A stretch of 63,103 nucleotides of DNA, counting the filler, from Reclinomonas americana ATCC 50394 (taxonomy: Eukaryota), in the NCBI GenBank assembly GCA_048213135.1. It is 6 parts of 4 records of this genome, joined end to end, with 100 filler letters (N's around TTAATTAATTAA, not from the genome) between each part and the next. Parts side by side here need not be neighbours in the genome. Positions count along the whole stretch, not along the records: positions 1 to 30,647 come from PS015184.1; 5 more parts are not named here. One strand, written 5' to 3'. How positions within the stretch are numbered: the stretch's first letter is position 1; each line of letters begins with the position of its first letter. Positions 1-26,193 of the stretch are shown here, one piece after another. The translations under genes and the position numbers were made by a program. The notes under the pieces were generated by a model that saw only the letters and a list, made by a program, of their open reading frames with translations, had not been told where the DNA came from and ran no database searches.

Positions 1-17
1 GAATACACTCGTCGTTC

Positions 18-59
<42 letters not shown>

Positions 60-157
60 TCTTACTTCGTTGTTCACCGCTGCGCATGTGACGCGCACCA
101 AGACACACCATCGCTTTCTCTCTGCTCCCTCTCCCTCTCCCTCCCTCATTCCCTCAC

Positions 158-322
158 CTGAGCCGCAGAGATCTCGAAGAGTGCCGTCGACATCAGCGCC
201 GGAAGCAGCACCAGCAACAGAAATGACACTGAGACGACTGAAGCATGCGCGGCTCCTCTTCTTCTTTGCCTTCTCCTCCACCACACCAGCGCCACCGAAG
301 CTTCCCGTGATCCACCAACCAT
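158..322 (-). CDS. Possible first coding exon of a secreted or membrane protein continuing beyond the window start
   Basis: ATG at 322 opens MVGGSREASVALVWWRRRQRRRGAAHASVVSVSFLLLVLLPALMSTALFEISAAQ (basic stretch then hydrophobic), ending at a CAG|GTGAGG donor. No recognisable domain. Confidence 0.35.
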
Positions 323-757
323 GACTGTGCGACAAGTGAAAGAAGGATTCGTTTTTTTTGGCGCGAAATCTCGTTGATCGTGATTCATGCTGGCTTCCAA
401 GACATGACTTCGAAAGTCAGCATCCCACAGCGTACTAATAAGCGCAGCGCTCATCTCGCGCTCAGATGGCGTGGGATGCAACTTTTTGTTCGCACGCATG
501 AAGTACTGCGCACGTGCACATGCGCATGCGCGCAGCGGCGCAGCGCAGCGCTGCAGCGTTGCTGGTGATGGTACAGTATACACGCGGCCACTCTGCCTAC
601 CTAAGGCGTCTCTGGAATATGCATGTCCATAACGCGACTCTTTACCGCGTTGTTCATTGCCAGAATCCGTGAGGCACCACCGAGTGGGGCGTCACGCCAT
701 TTTCAGAAGAGAGAGAGAGAGAGAGAGAGAGAGGAGGGTACCACCCCCGCGCACCGC

Positions 758-3013
758 CTACTTGCAGTTCTCCTCCTCGCTGCAGTCGGCGCCGGTGAAT
801 CCCGTGTCGCACTGGCAGGCACCCTTGGCGTCGCAGTTGCCGCGGTTGGAGCACGTCACCTGGCGCAGGCAGTTGTTGTTGCAGAGCGTGCCGAAGAAGT
901 CACCAGTGCAGCTGCAGGAGCCCGTGGCGGCGCATGTGCCGTTGCCGGAGCAAATCGCCGTCGTGCACTTGACGTTGCACGAGGGGCCGTAGAAGTTGGC
1001 ATCACAGTCGCAGGCGCCCGTGCTGCTGCACTGACCGCGACCAGAGCACTTGGTCTGGGCGACGCACGACACGTCGCACGCGGCTCCGTACCACGGGTTG
1101 AAGCACTCGCAGCTGCCGTCGGTGCCATTGCAGGTGCCGTGGCCGGTGCAGGTGGTCGACGCCAGGCAGTACTTGCTGCAGTCCGACTTGTAGTAGTTGC
1201 TGTTGCAGCTGCAGTTGCCGTTCGAGTCGCACGAGCCGTTGCCGCTGCAGGTGGAGGAGGCCTCGCAGAACTTGTCGCAGTTGGCACCATAGTAGTTGGT
1301 GGCGCACTTGTCGCAGTGGGCGCCGACCCAGTTGCCCGAGCACACGCACTGACCGCTGGTGTTGCAGGTACCATGGTCGTTGCAGGTGATGCAGGCCTCG
1401 CAGTAGGTGGCGCAGTTGGCGCCGTAGTGGTGGGCGTTGCACTGGCAATTGCCCGAGACGTCGCACGTGCCCTTGCCGCTGCAGGTGGTCGAGGCCTTGC
1501 AGTACTTGTCGCAATTGGCACCGTAGTAATCGGTGGCGCACTCGTCGCAATTGGCACCAGCCCAGTTGCCCGAGCACACGCAGTGGCCGTTGCTGTCGCA
1601 TGCGCCGTGATTGCTGCACGTGGTGCAGTCCTCGCAGTAGGTGGCGCAGTTGGCGCCATATTGGTGGGAGTTGCACTGGCAGTTGCCCGAGTCGTCGCAC
1701 GTGCCCTTGCCGCTGCAGGTGGTCGAGGCCTAAGTGCACCAAAGATACGATGAGTGATCAGTGATTCTCACGAAGCGAACGTGTCTCTTCTCCCGAGCGT
1801 ACACACCAGGCAGTACTTGTCGCAGTTGGCGCCAAAGTAGTCGGGCGCGCACTGGTTGCAGCTAGCGCCGGTCCAGTTCACGCTGCACTGGCACGAGCCG
1901 TCGCCGTTGCAGGTGCCGTGGCCGGAGCAAGTGGTCGAGGCTTGGCAGTTCTGGGAGCAGTTGGCGCCGAACCAGCCGCTGTCGCAGTTGCAGGAGCCAG
2001 ACGAGCTGCACGAGCCGTGGTTCGAGCAGGAGACGACCGGGTGGCAGGTGCAGAAGGGGCCGGCCCAGCTGTGAGGAGGAGGGAGGGGAAGGCGGCGTGA
2101 GAAAGGAGAGGAGAAGTGGGAGGGGGGGGGGAGCGGGGAGAAGGAGAGGAGAAGTGGGAGAGGGGGGAGGAGGAGGGGGGGAAGGAGAGGGGGGAAACAG
2201 AGGCGAGGAGGGGGAACAGAGGGGAGGAGAGGGAACAGAGGGGAGGAGAGGGAACAGAGGGGAGGAGAGGGAACAGAGGGGAGGAGAGGGGAACAGAGGC
2301 GAGGAGAGCGGAATAGAGGAGAGGAGAGCGGAATAGAGGCGAGGCGAGGACAGGGAACAGCGGCGAGGCGAGGACAGGGGATAGAGGCGAGGAGGAGAGG
2401 GGATAGAGGCGAAGAGGAGAGGGGATAGAGGCGAAGAGGAGAGGGGATAGAGGCGAAGAGGAGAGAAAGAAGAGGTAACAGGCAACGATGGGAGACAGGA
2501 AACGAAGGGAGACAGGCATGCGCAACGGGGTAAGAAAGATGCAACGAGGGAAAGGAAGTGTGGAGGGCAAGCAGACGAGAGAACAGAAGCGAGGAAGGCC
2601 TTCTCTCATGCAAGAACGACTGAACATCGGAGAAACAGACAACTCTCGATCGCAGAAGATAGGTTCAAGCATTAACTCACTCAGCGCAAACGTTGGTGCC
2701 GCCAATGTTGTAGCAGTTGCTGAAACATGTGCACTTGCCAGCTGAGCATGCACCCTGCGCGCAGAGAGAAAACGGAGTTTAGTCCCTCGAAACCGTTGCA
2801 AATGCAACACGCAACGGTGAAAAGAAAACGCAACATTCGTGTTACATGCGCCCGGGTTGTTGGAGCAGTCGCCACCTATGAAGCATCAAGTGAGCACGCG
2901 CACCTGGCGAATATGTCCTTGTTTGCCAACGGTCAGACAAGTCTCTCACCTTGGGCTCGTGCCGTGCTAACGAGAAGCACAATACATACGAGGAACAGCG
3001 CAGTCTTCATCAT
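758..3013 (-). CDS. Secreted Cys-rich EGF/laminin-EGF (tenascin-like) repeat protein, spliced
   Basis: Signal-peptide exon MMKTALFLVCIVLLVSTARAQ (3013-2950, G|GTGAG). Small exons GGDCSNNPGACNTN and GACSAGKCTCFSNCYNIGGTN follow. Large exons ~2068-1808 and ~1729-758 carry repeated CxASTTCSGxGTCxxxGxCxCxxxxxGANC units. The junction near 2690/2068 is not fully resolved, and the 3' end could extend past 758. Confidence 0.85.
2073..2470. repeat. Intronic purine-rich minisatellite (~19-20 bp units, GGGAACAGAGGGGAGGAGA / GGGGATAGAGGCGAAGAGGAGA)
   Basis: Tandem units visible directly. Lies in an EGF-gene intron and is pyrimidine-rich on the sense strand. Confidence 0.85.
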
Positions 3014-3958
3014 TTGCTCAATCAGCGTCTGCGAGGAAGCAAGGGGGGGAAACAGAGAGAAGGCGGTGGTCAGTTGAGTGACAAGGGGGCGTGAGAAAGC
3101 GAACAAATGTTGTTCGTGCCCGTGTCAGGAAAAGAGGCGCGTGTACGAGAGAGAGAGAGGAGGGAGGAGGGAGGGAGGGAGGGACGGAGGAGGCGCAAGG
3201 AAGAGTGCTTGTTTGTGGCGAGAACGAGCGAGTGGCACAAGATGCAGAAAACCAACGGTTTTCTCGCTCTTTGTGGACACCGTTTCTGGAAAGAAGCACG
3301 CAAAGAGACACGCAGTGTGGGGCTCCCAGCGCACCAACACGTGCACGGAGAGCAGGATAGTGGTGTGCTGTGGCCGTTGGAGGAGGAAGAGGAGAGAGGG
3401 AGGAGTGGGAGAGAGGGAGGGCAGACACCGAGGAATACCAAGGAGAAACAAGCGAGAAACTGCCGCCGCAGCAACAGCGACAGCAGCAGTAGCAGGAGAG
3501 AAACGGAGAGACTCAGTGCAGGTGGTGAAAGGAGGGGCGTGTGCGAGAAAGAGAGAGAGAGAGTGCATCAGGGGATCTTTGCTCACCGAATGACAAGAAA
3601 TGAGATTGTGTGACCGTTCGCAGCGGCGATGCACGCGTTTGTTCGAGATGGACCGGGCGCGTGTGGGTGAACGTTTTGCGACGTTGGGGTTGGGGTGCAG
3701 TGGATGTGCTAAGGTAGGGAAGGGAACAAAGTCACTGCGACCGCAAGGTGCCAGATGCCACGGTGCTGCCACCCTTTCGATACCGCGATCGCGCGAAGAC
3801 GATCCGCGGACGTTATGTCGTCTGCATGCTGGCAGCAGCAAGAGTGAAAGAACAATGAAACCGATGCGACCCTTGCCTGTAAACATCGTGTACGCGTTGA
3901 TTTATTTGTGGACCGCGCCTCTTTACATGTCACATGCATGACACCAATGTCGGACTTG

Positions 3959-17919
<13,961 letters not shown>

Positions 17920-18309
17920 GGCGCCGTGTCAAGCGAGAGATATGTGTGCATCATATTGGCGGACAAAATTCATTCCGTGTTCTCTGTCGTCCATCGCCGC
18001 CGATGAACTGTGGCATGCACTAAAGCAGCATATGGGTAGCGCACATTGCATGTCTTGAGGCCTAACAATATGAACCATCCTTCGCTCTGCAACAACCAAA
18101 TGTGTCGTTGGCGTTCGACTATCGAACCCCGGTCTGGCACGCCCGCGCCTTCCTTCCCTCCACCGAGAATCTCGGCACACGGAGGCGCCTTGTCCGTTCT
18201 GCGTTCTCTTCACGACTATCGCACGCAATGTCATCGTGATTTTCGGGCGAGAGATTCGACGTGTGCTGTTTCAGCACCGCATCGTTCCCTGCTCCTTCTT
18301 CCCCTCCAT

Positions 18310-20850
18310 TCACCCCCACCCCACCCCACTCCTATACACCACCACCTCCGCCTCCTCCCCCACAAAACACCGCATCACAATCTCCACCAAGCAACGCACA
18401 TCCTCCCCCTCCCCCTCCCCCTCCCCCACCACCATCATCCCCCTNNNNNNNNNNNNNNNNNNNNNNNNNNNNNNNNNNNNNNNNNNNNNNNNNNNNNNNN
18501 NNNNNNNNNNNNNNNNNNNNNNNNNNNNNNNNNNNNNNNNNNNNNNNNNNNNNNNNNNNNNNNNNNNNNNNNNNNNNNNNNNNNNNNNNNNNNNNNNNNN
18601 NNNNNNNNNNNNNNNNNNNNNNNNNNNNNNNNNNNNNNNNNNNNNNNNNNNNNNNNNNNNNNNNNNNNNNNNNNNNNNNNNNNNNNNNNNNNNNNNNNNN
18701 NNNNNNNNNNNNNNNNGCACCTCGTCCCCACTGGCCAGCGACCATAAGCGCACTGTCTTGTCCGCACCGCCGCTCACCACCAGCTGCGCATCGGGGGTGA
18801 CGGCCACCGAGTGCACTCCGCTCGTGTGCCCCTTCAAACGCCGCACTTCGTCACCGCTGGCCAGCGACCACACACGCACCGTCATATCCATGCCTCCACT
18901 CACCACGTGCCGACCGTCGGGGGTGACGGCGACGGAGCGCACCGCATCGACGTGTCCCTCCAGCCGTCGCACTCCCTTGCCACTCGCCACGGACCACACT
19001 CGAATCGTCTCGGCGTCGCTCCCACTCACAGCGTGCTGGCTGTCGGGGGTGACGGCGACGCACCACACTGCCGATGTGTGTCCCTTTAGTGCCTGCAAGG
19101 GGGGAGGGGGAAAGGAGGGAGGGTAAGGGGAGAAGGGGGAAAGGAGGGAGGGTAAGGGGAATGGGGGAGGAGTGGGGGAGGAGTGGGGGGAGGAGAGGGT
19201 GGGGGAGAGGGGGGGAGAGGGGGGAAGGGAGGAGGAGAGGGTGGAGGAGAGGGTGGAGGAGAGGGTGGAGGAGAGGGTGGGGGAGAGGGTGGAGAGGGAG
19301 GAGGAGAGAGGAGAGGAGAGGGTGGAGGACAGAGGAGAGGAAAAGGTGGAGGAGAGGGTGGAGGAGAGGATGGAGGAGAGGGTGGGGGAGAGGGTGGAGG
19401 AGAGGGTGGAGGAGAAGGGGGAGAAGGGGGAGAAGGGAGAGAAGAAGGAGAGGAGAGGGTGGAGGAGAGGGTGGAGGAGAGGGTGGGGGAGAGGGAGGAG
19501 GAGAGGGAGGAGGAGTGGGCGGAGGAGAGGGTGGGGGAGAGGGTGGAGGAGAGGGTGGAGGAGAGGGTAGAGGAGGAGAGGGTGGAGGAGAGGGTAGAGG
19601 AGAGGGTGGAGGAGAGGGTGGAAGAGAGGGTGGATGGAGGAGAGGGTGGGGAGAGGGAGGAGAGGAGAGACGGGAGGGAGGAGGGAGGGANNNNNNNNNN
19701 NNNNNNNNNNNNNNNNNNNNNNNNNNNNNNNNNNNNNNNNNNNNNNNNNNNNNNNNNNNNNNNNNNNNNNNNNNNNNNNNNNNNNNNNNNNNNNNNNNNN
19801 NNNNNNNNNNNNNNNNNNNNNNNNNNNNNNNNNNNNNNNNNNNNNNNNNNNNNNNNNNNNNNNNNNNNNNNNNNNNNNNNNNNNNNNNNNNNNNNNNNNN
19901 NNNNNNNNNNNNNNNNNNNNNNNNNNNNNNNNNNNNNNNNNNNNNNNNNNNNNNNNNNNNNNNNNNNNNNNNNNNNNNNNNNNNNNNNNNNNNNNNNNNN
20001 NNNNNNNNNNNNNNNNNNNNNNNNNNNNNNNNNNNNNNNNNNNNNNNNNNNNNNNNNNNNNNNNNNNNNNNNNNNNNNNNNNNNNNNNNNNNNNNNNNNN
20101 NNNNNNNNNNNNNNNNNNNNNNNNNNNNNNNNNNNNNNNNNNNNNNNNNNNNNNNNNNNNNNNNNNNNNNNNNNNNNNNNNNNNNNNNNNNNNNNNNNNN
20201 NNNNNNNNNNNNNNNNNNNNNNNNNNNNNNNNNNNNNNNNNNNNNNNNNNNNNNNNNNNNNNNNNNNNNNNNNNNNNNNNNNNNNNNNNNNNNNNNNNNN
20301 NNNNNNNNNNNNNNNNNNNNNNNNNNNNNNNNNNNNNNNNNNNNNNNNNNNNNNNNNNNNNNNNNNNNNNNNNNNNNNNNNNNNNNNNNNNNNNNNNNNN
20401 NNNNNNNNNNNNNNNNNNNNNNNNNNNNNNNNNNNNNNNNNNNNNNNNNNNNNNNNNNNNNNNNNNNNNNNNNNNNNNNNNNNNNNNNNNNNNNNNNNNN
20501 NNNNNNGGGAGAGGGAGGCATGCGCAGCGGAATGGAAGGGAGGGAGAAAGGCAGACGGAGGGAGGGAGAGAGGGAGAGAGTGAGAGTGTGTGACAGCGCG
20601 TGGTTCATGTTCGAGCCCCTCTCGCCACGCGACATTCTTCACTCACTGCGTTTCACAGCACCCAGAACGCTCTCTCATGTTGAGGCAAGAGCAACAGGCA
20701 CCAGCTGCACACTCGCTCTCCCTGTCTCCCACCTTCCCTCACACACATTCGATCTCCCTCTCCCTCTCCCTCTCTCTCTCTTTCCCTTTCGCCCTTCCAC
20801 TCATCTTCTCTCTCTCTCTCTCTCTCGCACGTGCACACCTTGGTCGTCAT
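18310..20850 (-). CDS. WD40-repeat protein, paralogue 1 (interrupted by gaps)
   Basis: First exon ATG ACG ACC AAG|GT (20850-20839, MTTK) splices to CAG|ALKGHTSAVWCVAVTPD at 19092. Three repeats are visible before the gap. The tail ...DVRCLVEIVMRCFVGEEAEVV... stops at 18310. Confidence 0.8.
19097..19690. repeat. Intronic (GGAGGAGAGGGT)n 12-bp minisatellite
   Basis: Visible tandem units in the intron of WD40 paralogue 1, running into an N gap. Confidence 0.85.
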
Positions 20851-20970
20851 TCCCTTCCTTGTGCGCTATGCTTTGTCAACGAACTTGTTTCATCCGACAA
20901 AAAACTTCAAAATCAGCCTCACACTCTTTCCCTTGCACACTTGCATACTTTTGAATCACAAAGGAATGCT

Positions 20971-22310
20971 TCACTCCGACCAGCACCATCCAGGCGCACG
21001 GCGTTCAACCACCTCGGCCTCCTCCAGCACGAAGCACCGCAGCACAACATCGACGAGGATCCAGTCACAGTCATCGTCCTCCCCAACAAACAGTTCGTTG
21101 ACGGCCAACACGGCCAATCGCGCAGCCGAGAGCTCCCATCCGGCTAGCCCGCGTGGCGTGTGCCACACTCGCACCGTCTCGTCCACGCCACCCGCGCTCG
21201 CAATGTGCTGACCGTCAGGGGCGACGGCAACAGACAGCACCACATCGCTGTGCCCCTCCAACCGCCGCACTTCCTCTCCGCTCACCACACACCACACGTG
21301 CACTGTCTTGCAATCGCCCCCACACACAATGTGCTGGCCGTCGGGGGCAAAGGCCACAGACCGCACCCACGCACTGCACCCGCCCCACCGTCTCACCTCC
21401 TCGCCACTCGCCACGGACCACACTCGCACGGTCTTGTCGCGACTCCCGCTCACCACGTGCTGCCCATCGGGAGCGATGGCGACGGAACGCACCCAGTTAG
21501 AATGCCCCGCCATACGGCACACCTCCTCCCCATGATTCGCCAGCGACCACACTCGCACGGTGCAGTCGTCACTCCCGCTGATAACATGGTGGCCGTCGGG
21601 TGTGACGGCGACAGACCACACCCACCCCGTGTGTCCTTCCAGTCGTCGCACCTCCTCTCTGCACGCCAGCGACCACACTCGAATGGTCTCGTCCTCACTT
21701 CCACTCACCACATGCAGTCCATCGGGGGTGACGGCGACGGAGAACACTGCATCGAGGTGTCCCTCGAAGCGAAGCAGCTCCTCGCCACTTGCCAGCGACC
21801 ACACTCGCACCGTGTTGTCCACGCTCCCGCTCACCACACGCAGACTGTCGGGAGTGACGGCAACCGACAGCACCGCACCGGTGTGACCCTCCATCCGTTG
21901 CACTTCGCGGCCACTTTGGAGAGACCACAGGCGAACAGTCTTGTCAAAGCTCCCACTGACGACGTGCTGGCCATCGGGGGTGAAGGCGACAAATCGCACC
22001 ACGCCAGTGTGGCCCTCCAGGATCTGCGCAAGCGGCGAGCCACACGATCACTATGCAGTACCACACCCAGGCGCACATGCACGTACGCACACGCAAGAGC
22101 ACACACACACACTGCACACATATACACACACACTGCACACACACACGCACGCGCACACACACACGTACACACACACACACAAACACAAACACAAAAGCAC
22201 GCTCACACACACACGCTCACACACACACACACACACAAACACAAACACAAAAGCACGCTCACACACACACGCTCTCTCTCTCTCTCTCACNNNNNNNNNN
22301 NNNNNNNNNN

Positions 22311-22370
<60 letters not shown>

Positions 22371-22468
22371 TTCAGATGCACACATCCCCATCTCCACATG
22401 CAATCACGTTTCAACATGTACACACACATGCACCCTGAACACGCACCAGCACAGACCTTTGTGGCCAT
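20971..22468 (-). CDS. WD40-repeat protein, paralogue 2 (7 repeats + conserved tail)
   Basis: Exon 1 ATG GCC ACA AAG|GT (22468-22457, MATK). Exon 2 22023-20971 begins ILEGHTGVVRFVAFTPDG and has seven GH..V..V.VTPDG..VVSGS.D.TVRVW repeats, then TPRGLAGWELSAARLAVLAVNELF...WILVDVVLRCFVLEEAEV. Confidence 0.92.
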
Positions 22469-23074
22469 TCCGCTCCGCTGCGCTCCGTTGTTACGAAATG
22501 AAATATTAAATGTCATGCTGCGCTGCGCGCGTCGTGTCTCTTGTGCGCTCGCGGAACCATATGTGCCGCACTACGTCTTTTTCACTGCGGTATGTACGCT
22601 GCTCGACTGCTGGCGGTGGAAGCTGTGTTGCTTGTGATCATGAGACGATATCGATGTCGATCAGTATCGACGTCGACGTCGACGGCATGCATGCGAATTA
22701 CCGTCGCTGCTGCTGCAGCGCAGGGCCACAAGTGCAGATCACGATACATGCGGTGCCAGGGAGATAATTGGATCAACTGCAGCGGCTGTGCGCGATCGAT
22801 CAGGAATTCGATATGCTGAAATCGATCGCGAAGTGCAGTCGAAGTGACCCATGTTGACGAGGTTCGCCGACGCGGAGAGAAAGAGAGTGAGATCGCGATC
22901 ATCTGGGAAGAGAAGCCCCGAGCAGCGACTCGAGACGTACAAGCGACGTTGCGGAGGACAAGTGTTCGGAAAAACGAGATTCGCAGAATCGAACACCGAC
23001 GCACACACCACACCTCCGCACACACACGCATCAAAGAAGCACCACCACCCTCCAACCCCGTGTGCTAAACATCA

Positions 23075-26038
23075 ATGTCCACCAAACATGGTGAGTGGTG
23101 CCGTGCTGGCTTCAGCTTCATACTCTCCTTTGTTGTTTGTCTGATAATTTCTCCGCGGCCGGCTCCGCCTCCCTCTTCGCAGTCACCTCTCGTCTCCTTG
23201 TGACGCTGTTGTGCGTCATCATCATGCTCGTCGGCGTCTCGCATGGTGAGTCGCACGACGTGTGTGGATGTACTCGCGTGTTGTGGGCGCTGTTGTTGAG
23301 AGTGTGTGTGTAAATGGCGGACGGAGCCGCGCGCGCGCACCATCACGTCGCGCGCCCGATCTTAAACTGTTTTCTGTGTAACCAGGTGTGCCTCTGCCGG
23401 TCAGGCAAATCTCCACCGGCTTCAAGGGGACGACCATTCCGCCACCAGTGGGTTCTGGCGTCGCGTTCTCGCAAGACGATCACTGGAGTGTCGCAGTGAA
23501 CGGCCAGACCACCAAGGCCTTCGTTAGCAACCCTTCGCTGTGCTACTTTGACGGCTCGAGCACCATTTGCTGGGACGCTCCCTCCACGGCCTCTGCGTGG
23601 GTGACTCCATGTGAGTAGCGATCGGATTCTGTGCTCTCTCTCGATCTCGCACTCTATCTCCCTTCGGCTGTGTGTCTCTCTGTAAGTACCAGTCTTCCCG
23701 TCTGTCTCTCTGTGCTCCTCCTTCTCTTTATCTTTCTCGATCCCTTCTTAACCATTCTCTCTCTTCCCCCATCGATATCCCTTCGCCTCTCTTCGCACAG
23801 CCAGCAGCAGCACTGCTGCGCTCGTGTGGAACGACAAGACGTTGCAGTTCACCACCAGCTTTGACATGACGGGCTACGATCCGAGCAAGGCAATGCTGCA
23901 GATTCGACTGGAGGGAGATTTTGCTCCCGCGGAGCCGACCACCGCCTTTGTGCAAGTGACGCCTGCCGGCACCTCTGATCTAATAACCGTGCCCTATCCC
24001 GCGTGGTCGCCCACCAACTCGTACTCGCTGTCCAACCATCCGTGGGTGACCGTACCGGCGACCGGCTGGCTTCCCAAGGCCGGTAATGTGCTGTCGGTGA
24101 AAATCCAGAATGTCGCCGACGTCACCGGACTCCGAGTGGAGGCGCAATGTGAGTGTGCAGCGTCATGACTGGCTGTGCACTCTTACTCACTTCCCAAACC
24201 GTGCATGCAGTGCTCTGCAAAACAAGCGCCTGCGCGGCGCCCTTGACGTGCTGCGTCGGTCTATGCCAGGACCTCCTCCACGATGTCAACAACTGCGGCA
24301 CGTGCGATAAAGTGTGCCCCGTTGCGTTGACTGTGATTATGAGACAATCTCTCTCCCATGACCATAATCTCATTCATCTACTGTACATTGCCCCTTCCTT
24401 CCCACCCTTTTCTTCTTCATTTCCCCACAGAACCCTCAAGCATGCTGCCGAGGCGCGTGTACTGATCTGACTTCGACTATCAACAACTGCGGCGCGTGTG
24501 GCAAGATTTGCAGTCCGGCAGATGCCTGTTGCGCTGGTGTGTGCACCAGTGTGCTCACCATGCAGACGGATCCCAAGAACTGCGGCATGTGCGGCAACGT
24601 GTGCCCCACTGGCCAGTCGTGCTGCGCCGGCAAGTGCGTCAACCTCGGCAACAATCCATTCAACTGCGGCACGTGCGGCAAGTCGTGTGCCGCCGGCCAG
24701 GACTGCTGCAACGGCGTGTGCTACACCATCAGCAACTACGCCACCGACGCCAAGAACTGCGGCAAATGCGGCAACGTGTGCCCCACTGGCCAATCGTGCT
24801 GCAACGGCGTCTGCACCAACCTCAGCAACACCGCCAGCAACTGTGGCACCTGTGGCAAGTCGTGCGCCGCCGGCCAGGTCTGCTGCAACGGATTGTGCGT
24901 CTTCCCCAGCGCCTTCACGTTTGACAGCAAGAACTGCGGCTCGTGTGGCAATGTGTGCCCCACTGGCCAGTCATGCTGCTACGGCAAGTGCGTCTCCACG
25001 AGCAGCGATTCGAGCAACTGCGGCACCTGCGGCAAGACGTGCGCCACTGGTCAGTCGTGCTGCAACGGCGTCTGCGTCAATACCCAGAGCTTCGCCACGG
25101 ACGCCAAGAATTGTGGCACGTGCGGACATTTGTGTCCGCTGACAGCACCCAATTGCTGCAACGGATCGTGTGTGGCACCGACCAATGATCCGCTGAAATG
25201 TGGTCCGTGCGCCAATGTGCAGTGTCTTCCCGGTCGCGCCTGCTGCAGCGGCGTCTGCACCAATCTCAGCAACGACGCCAGCAACTGTGGTACTTGTGGG
25301 AAGCCGTGCGCTGCCGGCCAGGACTGCTGCAACGGCGTGTGCTACGCCATCAGCAACTACGCCACCGACGTCAAGAACTGCGGCTCGTGCGGCAACGTGT
25401 GCCCCACTGGCCAGCCGTGCTGCGCCGGCAAGTGCGCCAACCTCAGCAACAATCCATTCAACTGTGGCACATGCGGCAAGTCGTGTGCCGCCGGTCAGGA
25501 CTGCTGCAACAGCGTGTGCTACGCCATCAGCAACTACGCCACCGACGCCAAGAACTGCGGCAAATGCGGCAACGTGTGCCCCACTGGCCAGTCGTGCTGC
25601 AACGGCGTCTGCACCAANNNNNNNNNNNNNNNNNNNNAAGTCTGCTGCAACGGATTGTGCGTCCTGCCCAGCAGTTTCACCAACGACAAGAACAACTGTG
25701 GCTCTTGCGGCTTTGTTTGCCCCGCCGCTGGCCAGTCATGCTGCAACAGCAAGTGCGTCGTGTTGAGCAGCGATTCGAGCAACTGCGGCACCTGTGGCAA
25801 GACGTGCGCCACTGGTCAGTCGTGCTGCAACAGCGTCTGCGTCAATACCCAGAGCTTCGCCACGGACGCCAAGAATTGTGGCACGTGCGGACATGTGTGC
25901 CCGCTGACGGCACCCAATTGCTGCAACGGATCGTGCGTGGCACCGACCAATGATCCGCTGAAATGCGGTCCGTGCGCCAACGTGCAGTGTCTTCCCAATC
26001 TCAAGTGCTGCACGGGAGTGTGCAAGACCGCCTGCTGA
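23075..26038 (+). CDS. Secreted protein: N-terminal beta-sandwich (lectin/galactose-binding-like) domain + STIG1-like Cys-rich repeats
   Basis: Exons 23075-23090 and 23183-23245 give the signal peptide MSTKHVTSRLLVTLLCVIIMLVGVSHG. Next exons encode DDHW..SAWV..FTTSFDMTGYDPSKA..GNVLSVKIQN..TGLRVE. Many DxxNCGxCGxxCxxGQxCCNGxC repeats follow, to the stop at 26038. Confidence 0.88.
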
Positions 26039-26193
26039 TCTGGACCATCCAAGTGAAAAAGGGCGCAAGCTGAGGATTGTTAATGTAAAGAAGCTCTGGC
26101 CTTGGAACAGTATTGTCAATGCGAAACAGCCAGCTGGAGGGGAAGGCGATAAAGTACCAGTCATCCATCTCGTGCTGGCCATGGTTCATTGCG

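Noticed and set aside
505-560. Alternating purine-pyrimidine, palindromic stretch (TGCGCACGTGCACATGCGCATGCGCGCA)
   Set aside because: Such motifs are common throughout this window; no specific function can be supported.
623-1753. 376-aa plus-strand ORF and other antisense ORFs over the EGF, WD40, Pmp and dynein exons
   Set aside because: Shadow frames of GC-rich repetitive coding sequence on the opposite strand.
19074-20954. Long Gly/Glu- or Pro/Ser-rich (extensin-like) ORFs
   Set aside because: They arise from a stop-free intronic minisatellite plus Ns.
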